Positions 1-6,036 of a DNA stretch of 7,910 bases are shown one piece after another. Position numbers and translations under genes: made by a program. Numbering within the stretch: the stretch's first letter is position 1; each line of letters starts with the position of its first letter. The stretch covers positions 1-7,910 of the forward strand of contig JBLWGC010000023.1 in the NCBI GenBank assembly GCA_048772705.1, given 5' to 3'. The notes under the pieces are model-generated. The model ran no database searches and was not told the DNA's origin. It was given only the letters and a program-made list of their open reading frames with translations. This DNA comes from Leidyana gryllorum EB-2025a (lineage: Eukaryota > Protista > Apicomplexa).

Positions 1-1
1 T

Positions 2-196
2 TGTAACCGTTAGAACGGTTACACGGATAGTTACTGCAAGGAGGACGCTCATCGGTGACCGGCCGGGACCGGTTCACCAGTGTGTGTGTCTCCGTCTCCG
101 GCCGGCCGGCACCGGCATTAACGGAGACACATACATAGACTCTAGATTAGACGTACCTTTGTGACTTACCTTTCACGTGCCTGCATTGGAACAACA
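2..196 (+). repeat. 5' LTR (195 bp, TGTAAC...ACAACA)
   Basis: Identical by eye to 4742-4936 (offset 4740). Right end placed at CA 195-196 because TGG follows after one base, but identity between copies continues to 215. Confidence 0.9.
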
Positions 197-1276
197 ATGG
201 TTTTACGTAGCGGACGAAGCATTCACCTGAGCACTACGAACCCGGCCTTAGAGCCAGGTTACATTGGTAGCAGTGCGTCCCACGATAGCGCCCTCAACGA
301 CATGTCAGGGAACGATGACATGGATACGACCAACTTACGCATTGACGAATGCCCAACGCCACCCACCGAAGCACCACAACCACCTAGCCGGCAACTCAAA
401 ACAACAACGAAACAACACAGGAAGATCAGCACGCGAACGAAACTCACCAAACTCGGCCGGACTGAAACACAGGAACATAAGGCCCGAGTAGCCCTCAAGA
501 ACCACGCACCATTTGACGGTTCCAAAGCGCAAGGGGCAAAAGATTGGACAGACAGCTGCAATGCCCGTTTCATCGCCTACGGAATCAGCACGGACAGAGC
601 TAGAGTACGCGCCGCTTGCGGACTGCTGAGCGGAACGGCAGCAAGGTGGCTCGTTGCAACACCACGCATAGTCAAGGAAACGTGGGAAAAATTCGTACAC
701 GAACTGATAGCAACATTCGAACCTGTCCGTATGGTGGAGGACGACTTGACGAAACTGATGGCACTCCAGAAGACACACTCGATGGAAGAATACATAGCCG
801 AGTTTCGCAGATTGAACATGGGAGTTGATCACCATATCTCAGAACAAACACGCACGAACTGTTTCTTTAACGGATTGCCGATGACGGACCGAATGGCCTT
901 AGCACCTTTCGTTGGATCTACACTGGACACCATATGTCAACGAGCACTCCAGTACACGGTGGCGGTAAGAGGAAGCAAGCGCAGCATCGAGCACTGCCTG
1001 AACTTACAAGAGAGAACACAACGAGTAGGGCGCCGCTGCCAATACACACATGACGAATGCGTGAGAGATCAGCGCTGTTTCAACTGCGGAGAGAAAGATC
1101 ATACCGCATGGAAATGCCCTTTGCCCAGAGACGACAAGAGGGCCAAACCCTACAACGGGCGGGACAGAGCAGGACCTCGCAGAGATAACTCCACACGCCG
1201 AGTATTCGCCATTGAAGAAGAGGATTTTCAGCAGCCCCAGAGCAACCTGGCCAGTGGCTCACAGGGGAACCATTGA
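197..1276 (+). CDS. gag: Gag polyprotein (retrotransposon capsid-like region plus CCHC zinc knuckle), 359 aa
   Basis: First ATG at 197 in strong context (ACAACAATGG). The GTG at 161 lies inside the LTR. Capsid-like motifs FDGSKAQGAKDW, LLSGTAARW, WEKFVHELIATF, LQKTHSMEEYIAEFRRL and FFNGL. C-X2-C-X4-H-X4-C knuckle CFNCGEKDHTAWKC at 1076-1117. Confidence 0.93.
   Translation: MVLRSGRSIHLSTTNPALEPGYIGSSASHDSALNDMSGNDDMDTTNLRIDECPTPPTEAPQPPSRQLKTTTKQHRKISTRTKLTKLGRTETQEHKARVALKNHAPFDGSKAQGAKDWTDSCNARFIAYGISTDRARVRAACGLLSGTAARWLVATPRIVKETWEKFVHELIATFEPVRMVEDDLTKLMALQKTHSMEEYIAEFRRLNMGVDHHISEQTRTNCFFNGLPMTDRMALAPFVGSTLDTICQRALQYTVAVRGSKRSIEHCLNLQERTQRVGRRCQYTHDECVRDQRCFNCGEKDHTAWKCPLPRDDKRAKPYNGRDRAGPRRDNSTRRVFAIEEEDFQQPQSNLASGSQGNH
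198..215 (+). promoter_or_regulatory. Putative primer-binding site TGGTTTTACGTAGCGGAC, overlapping the gag start
   Basis: Begins with TGG (complement of tRNA 3' CCA) 1 nt after the LTR-terminal CA. Cognate tRNA not recognised. Confidence 0.55.
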
Positions 1277-4200
1277 AGACAGAAAGGCCGGAGAAGACAG
1301 TCACCACCACCTGGGTCCTCGGGCACCCAGATTACACAGCGCGGGAAACCAAGGCATGTATCCTCATCCATACCGGCGCCACAATAGCATGCGTCGATAG
1401 AACAGTGGCGCAAACACTAGCACTAGAACACACTGGAGAATCAATTACAATCACATCCATAACCGGCACGTGCGAGCTGCCAACAACCCACGTCAGACTA
1501 AGAACAACCGGCGGACAGGAAATCATCATTCGAGCAGTGGACACACCGAACCTGTTATACGACTTGATCATTCCAACCAAGACGATCAAAGAGCTGCGCC
1601 TGTGCATAGGGGTCAACCGGGAGAACAAGTTATGCGTCATGGAAGGCCAGATAATCCCGGTTCAAGAAAGAGAGGTGAATGAATGGATTAAAGAATCACC
1701 CACGGCGGCGGTATACTGCACGAGGGAGGGCATGGAGGACTGCGGAATGGGTCCAATCACATCACCAGTCGACACGCCAGAGACAGAGCGATGGATCATA
1801 GAGGAATTTGCGGACATCTTCCGCGACAACAGAGGCCTACCACCCAAACGCCCAGGAGTGGATCATACGATCACACTCAAGGACCCGCAGACAAAGCCGT
1901 TCGTGAGACAACCATACAGACTCACGCACAAACACATCCCGGAAATGAGGCGACAGATCGTCGAACTGCAAGAGAGCGGGAAGATCATTCTTAGCACCTC
2001 GGAATGGGCCTCTCCATGCCTCTTTGTTCCGAAAAAGGATACGGAGGTACCTCGCTTAGTGTGCGACTATCGCGCCCTCAATGACGCCACAAGGAAGGTC
2101 GCTTCGCCCTTACCAGCTCTGGAAGATGCCCTTCAAATGATAGCCAATGCACACTACTTCTCAACACTCGACTTGAAGGCAGGCTATCACCAAGTCCGAA
2201 TGGCCCCCCAATCACAACCACTCACCGCTTTTGCAACACCTTGGGGACTTTACGAATGGACGGTGATGCCCAACGGCCTCACTAACGCCCCCGCGACCTT
2301 CATGCATCTAATGAATACCATCTTCAACGACTTGATCGGCGACTGTGTATTTGTATACCTTGACGATGTACTAGTATATTCACCCAACGAGGAAGATCAC
2401 AGAAGAGACCTACGCCGGGTACTTCAACGCATCCGCACTCACCAATTAGTCGTACACCAGAGAAAATCACATTTCTTCAAACAGCAGATAGAATATGTGG
2501 GGCACTCTATAGGATTTGGTGGAATTAAACCGATAGCCAGCAAGGTGGAAGGATTGAGCAAGCTCGCACACCCACGAACCTTGAGAGACATGCAGCGACT
2601 GCTCGGCATGTTTAATTACTACCGGCGCTTCATCCCACGCTATGCCGACACCGCAAAAATCTTATACGACACCACCAAAGGGCTGAAGAGACCGAGCGAC
2701 GAAATAAGCGAAACGACAGAGACGCAGCGAGCCATAAAGGAACTGAAGGAAGCATTAGCACGGGCCCCTAAACTTCATTTCCCAACACCAACGAACGACG
2801 AACTTATACTCCACACGGACGCAAGCAACCATGCCGCGGGCGCGGTGATACAGCAACAGACGGAACAGGGACTGTGCCCGATCGACTTCTTCTCCAAAGC
2901 CTTCAATGAAGCTCAGAGCCGGTATGCAACTCACGAGAAGGAGTTGCTGGCCATTGTTATGGCTTGTCGGCATTGGCGACATATACTGGTGGGGCGGAAA
3001 GTCAAAATACTGACGGACCATAAACCTTTGATACATTTAATGAAGCAAAGTCATCTTTCAGATAAGCAAACACGGTGGATCATAACGCTTGCCGAATTAG
3101 ATCTGGAGATAGCGTACCTCAAGGGCACAAAAAACATTATAGCGGATCTTTTGAGTCGCCCCCGCACTGAGAAAGGACATGGGAGAACTGAACTATGTTT
3201 CAACACGAGCACAGATACGGCAGCGGAAACCCGCACCGGGGCGACAACATACAACACAAACACGCCAAACATAGAAGAACGGATACGATCGGCCTGGGCA
3301 GCACGAACGGCAGAAGCTGGCAAGTGCGGTGATGTTCAATGGATTCAAGGATTACCGGTAACGGCAGAAGCAACCATTGAGATACCTAATGACGTGGAAC
3401 TGATCAGACTAATCATAGAGGACAACCATAATAGTTTGATTGCAGGACACTTGGCCCCCCATAAAACTGCAGGGCGTATACGTGCTCTCTTCACATGGAG
3501 AGGATTAATGGCCGACGTTATTAGCTACTGCAGGTGCTGTACGACATGTCAGAAGGCCAAAACGAGAAACCACGCCCCATATGGCTTGCTACACCCTCTC
3601 TCGAACCCAACAGTGCCGTGGCTCGAAGTCGGAATTGATTTTCTCGAACTGCCACCGGACCGAAGCACGGGATACGACTATCTGCTGGTGGTAGTGGACC
3701 GATTAACAAGGAGAATCCGATTGATTCCGTGTCACAAAACCGTATCTGCAAAGGAAGCTGCACAACTCTTCATGGATAATATTGTACGGGTACATGGCCT
3801 TCCACGGAAAATAGTCTCGGATAGAGACGCGCGCTTCACGGCGGACGTGTGGCAGGAAACACTGAAAGGACTAGGAACAGATTTAGCAATGTCAACAAGC
3901 TACCATCCGCAAACGAATGGTCTCACCGAGAGGGCCAACAGATCAATCATTCAAATTCTACGCTGCACAATGGCCGATCACGGAGGAAGCTGGATGGCCC
4001 ACCTAACCGCAACGGAAATGGCCTACAACAGCGCAATACAAGAATCCACGAATGCAACACCCCTCGAACTAGATACAGGGAGAGTGACCTTTCTCCCCAG
4101 TGATCTTCACGACATAGCGAGCCAGAGAGGGACTCTGGCGAGAACACACTTACAAAAGATACAAGAGGCGTATGATCGCCTCAAAGCAGCGACCGAGAAG

Positions 4201-4746
4201 CAGAAAAAGCAGAGTGACAAGAGGCGCAGAGAGGTAAGCATGAACATAGGAGACAGAGTGCTTCTCTCAACCAAGCACCTGGCCCATGTGCCCAAGACGA
4301 AGTTGACAAGCCCATTCGCCGGCCCCTTCACAATCATCAGCGCGGGAGGGGATAACACATATACATTAGACTTACCATCGTCATGGGGAATACTGCCCAG
4401 ATTCCATGCCTCGCGCTTAGAACCCTGGATAGAGAAACCGCAAGGCGAACTGAACCAAACACCTCTGAGCGAAACAACCGCTGTTGAACAACAACTACCC
4501 GGAGAAAAGGGGGACAATATCTACATAATGGAACGGATAACAGGATGGAGAGAGACAGATAAGGGTCTAGAATACCAAGTCACATGGGTGGGATATGACG
4601 ACAAATCATGGGAACCGGCACAGGCCGTACTCGAAGCGGAAGGAGCTGACCTTATCGAAGAGTTCAGGAACCGATGGAATAGACAGAACCCGAGGAACCC
4701 GTTTCACCCGGAGGAACCCGTTTCACCCGGAGGGGGAGGAGTGTAA
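1216..4746 (+). CDS. pol: Pol polyprotein: aspartic protease (variant active site), reverse transcriptase, RNase H, integrase, chromodomain. Probably expressed as Gag-Pol by -1 frameshift
   Basis: Frame is open from 1216 (after TGA 1213-1215) to TAA 4744-4746, and the ORF-track start at 1273 is a TTG. PR LIHTGAT (1363-1383). RT LDLKAGYHQ and YLDD (2356-2367). RNase H TDAS/EKELLA/TDH/ADLLSR (acidic residues at 2818, 2941, 3016, 3145). IN HHCC (3427-3549) and D,D-35-E (3637, 3820, 3928). GPF at 4321. Confidence 0.97.
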   Translation, partial: RRGFSAAPEQPGQWLTGEPLKTERPEKTVTTTWVLGHPDYTARETKACILIHTGATIACVDRTVAQTLALEHTGESITITSITGTCELPTTHVRLRTTGGQEIIIRAVDTPNLLYDLIIPTKTIKELRLCIGVNRENKLCVMEGQIIPVQEREVNEWIKESPTAAVYCTREGMEDCGMGPITSPVDTPETERWIIEEFADIFRDNRGLPPKRPGVDHTITLKDPQTKPFVRQPYRLTHKHIPEMRRQIVELQESGKIILSTSEWASPCLFVPKKDTEVPRLVCDYRALNDATRKVASPLPALEDALQMIANAHYFSTLDLKAGYHQVRMAPQSQPLTAFATPWGLYEWTVMPNGLTNAPATFMHLMNTIFNDLIGDCVFVYLDDVLVYSPNEEDHRRDLRRVLQRIRTHQLVVHQRKSHFFKQQIEYVGHSIGFGGIKPIASKVEGLSKLAHPRTLRDMQRLLGMFNYYRRFIPRYADTAKILYDTTKGLKRPSDEISETTETQRAIKELKEALARAPKLHFPTPTNDELILHTDASNHAAGAVIQQQTEQGLCPIDFFSKAFNEAQSRYATHEKELLAIVMACRHWRHILVGRKVKILTDHKPLIHLMKQSHLSDKQTRWIITLAELDLEIAYLKGTKNIIADLLSRPRTEKGHGRTELCFNTSTDTAAETRTGATTYNTNTPNIEERIRSAWAARTAEAGKCGDVQWIQGLPVTAEATIEIPNDVELIRLIIEDNHNSLIAGHLAPHKTAGRIRALFTWRGLMADVISYCRCCTTCQKAKTRNHAPYGLLHPLSNPTVPWLEVGIDFLELPPDRSTGYDYLLVVVDRLTRRIRLIPCHKTVSAKEAAQLFMDNIVRVHGLPRKIVSDRDARFTADVWQETLKGLGTDLAMSTSYHPQTNGLTERANRSIIQILRCTMADHGGSWMAHLTATEMAYNSAIQESTNATPLELDTGRVTFLPSDLHDIASQRGTLARTHLQKIQEAYDRLKAATEKQKKQSDKRRREVSMNIGDRVLLSTKHLAHVPKTKLTSPFAGPFTIISAGGDNTYTLDLPSSWGILPRFHASRLEPWIEKPQGELNQTPLSETTAVEQQLPGEKGDNIYIMERITGWRETDKGLEYQVTWVGYDDKSWEPAQAVLEAEGADLIEEFRNRWNRQNPRNPFHPEEPVSPGGGGV
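1222..1267 (+). promoter_or_regulatory. Candidate -1 ribosomal frameshift signal: G_GAT_TTT, 6-nt spacer, stem-loop
   Basis: Heptamer 1222-1228 is in gag phase within the 1216-1276 overlap. CCCC 1235-1238 pairs with GGGG 1264-1267 and GAGC 1240-1243 with GCTC 1257-1260. Confidence 0.55.
4522..4680 (+). other. Chromodomain at the integrase C-terminus
   Basis: YIMERITGWRETDKGLEYQVTWVGYDDKSWEP fits the chromodomain pattern Y.VE.I....Y.VKW.GY...TWEP. Cage residues Y (4522), W (4585) and Y (4594) are present. Confidence 0.9.
4692..4729 (+). repeat. 19-bp perfect tandem duplication (GAGGAACCCGTTTCACCCG x2)
   Basis: Copies at 4692-4710 and 4711-4729, followed by a further GAGG. Confidence 0.95.
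4729..4741 (+). promoter_or_regulatory. Polypurine tract (plus-strand primer) GGAGGGGGAGGAG
   Basis: 13 consecutive purines immediately 5' of the TG of the 3' LTR. Confidence 0.92.
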
Positions 4747-4936
4747 CCGTTAGAACGGTTACACGGATAGTTACTGCAAGGAGGACGCTCATCGGTGACC
4801 GGCCGGGACCGGTTCACCAGTGTGTGTGTCTCCGTCTCCGGCCGGCCGGCACCGGCATTAACGGAGACACATACATAGACTCTAGATTAGACGTACCTTT
4901 GTGACTTACCTTTCACGTGCCTGCATTGGAACAACA
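4742..4936 (+). repeat. 3' LTR (195 bp)
   Basis: Identical to 2-196. Identity extends a further 19 bp to 4955. Confidence 0.9.
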
Positions 4937-5861
4937 ATGGTTTTACGTAGCGGACTAGTTTGCCTGTAACCTTTGGTTCGGCGTTTCGGTCGGCTTCGAT
5001 GGCTGTTGTGACTGCTGTTTGCTTTTGGATTATGTGGTTTATGTGCTTGTTTATCGCTGAATTGTACTCTGTTTGCGTGTTTGCGAATGTTTAGCTTTCA
5101 ATTCTCTACACGTTGCGGTTGCTGTAGCGTGCGCAAGTAAGGTCTGATGTGGTGTGTATTGTGCTAATAAAAGACTGTGACGATGTAGTTGTGTTGCTTA
5201 GTATGTTGACAGGTATCGTGCTTGTTATGTATTGATTTGTGAGACTATATGAGCTGGAGATGCATGATTGTATGAGTGTATGGCGTGTATTTTGGTAACT
5301 GTGCTGTGATGTGTAGTATGCTCAGTTTGCTAAAGTGAATGTGGAGCAACTTGGAAGGTTATGTGTGAGTGATATTGGTTTAGATGGTTTGTCTGTTAGG
5401 CTGTGAGGGGTCTAGAGTGACTTAGCGATTCGCTCGTTGATTGAGGGAGTATTTGTAGACGTATAAAAGCTTGTGATGCTAGATATAGGGGAATCAATGA
5501 GATTCAAGTTGAACTGAGAGTGTTGAGAAGAATGTCATGAGTCGAATGCGTATCGTGGACATTATTTATTGGAGTGAATGGGAATTTGTAAGAATATGCG
5601 GATGGAGTCAAGTTATGCATAGGATTTGAGTGTTGATTCGGGCGACATGAATTTGGCTAATGATAGGTAGGTTAATAGGAGTATATTGACAATTGTGATG
5701 TAGTTCGAGGTGTGGTAAGAGGGTGGTGGTCAGTTGTTTGCTATAAAACATTGAGAGAGTGTATATATGCTAAGAGTTATGGGTATTCGGATTGTTAGTG
5801 TACGAGCGGGATGTTAAGGCTGATATGTACGTTGAGTAATAGTGTGCGTGAAGAAGTATTG

Positions 5862-5915
5862 ATGGGGTGTGTGGAGCGCCCTTGTCGCTTCGCTCGGGCG
5901 CTTCCCCGTACCCAT
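5862..5915. other. Isolated GC-rich inverted repeat/hairpin
   Basis: AGCGCCC 5875-5881 pairs with GGGCGCT 5896-5902, and outer ATGGG 5862-5866 with CCCAT 5911-5915. Confidence 0.6.
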
Positions 5916-6036
5916 TGTTTCTGTGAGATTTATTTATTGATGGAATAGTTAGCAACCTATCGTGAATGTGATAAGTAGAACGGACCAATTGCATCAATCT
6001 TGCGTGCAATTGCGCTGGAACGATATGTACGAGTTC

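Larger units (their letters stand above)
2..4936 (+). mobile_element. Full-length Ty3/Gypsy LTR retrotransposon, chromovirus type (integrase with C-terminal chromodomain)
   Basis: Two identical direct repeats starting TGT and ending ACA flank gag and pol. Pol domain order PR-RT-RH-IN is the Gypsy order, followed by a GPF motif and a chromodomain. PBS-like TGG follows the 5' LTR and a polypurine tract precedes the 3' LTR. The TSD is not testable with 1 bp of left flank. Confidence 0.97.

Noticed and set aside
1-1. Target-site duplication
   Set aside because: Only one base of left flank. T is compatible with both candidate TSDs (ATGGT, TAGTT) and is uninformative.
161-196. ORF-track N-terminal extension of gag from GTG 161
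   Set aside because: It lies inside the LTR and uses a non-ATG start in a eukaryotic element. ATG 197 has strong context.
1273-1275. TTG as an independent pol start
   Set aside because: The frame is open from 1216 and overlaps gag, so frameshift expression is more plausible.
259-4517. Short alternative-frame and antisense ORFs within gag/pol
   Set aside because: No recognisable motifs. These are expected shadows of long coding frames.
4965-4971. TGTAACC just after the element, and TTGTAAC at 7464 and 7508, as extra LTR starts or target motifs
   Set aside because: Only 7-bp matches with no further LTR similarity, compatible with chance.
4747-5960. env-like or extra ORF associated with the element
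   Set aside because: Pol runs into the 3' LTR leaving no room, and no suitable ORF lies downstream.
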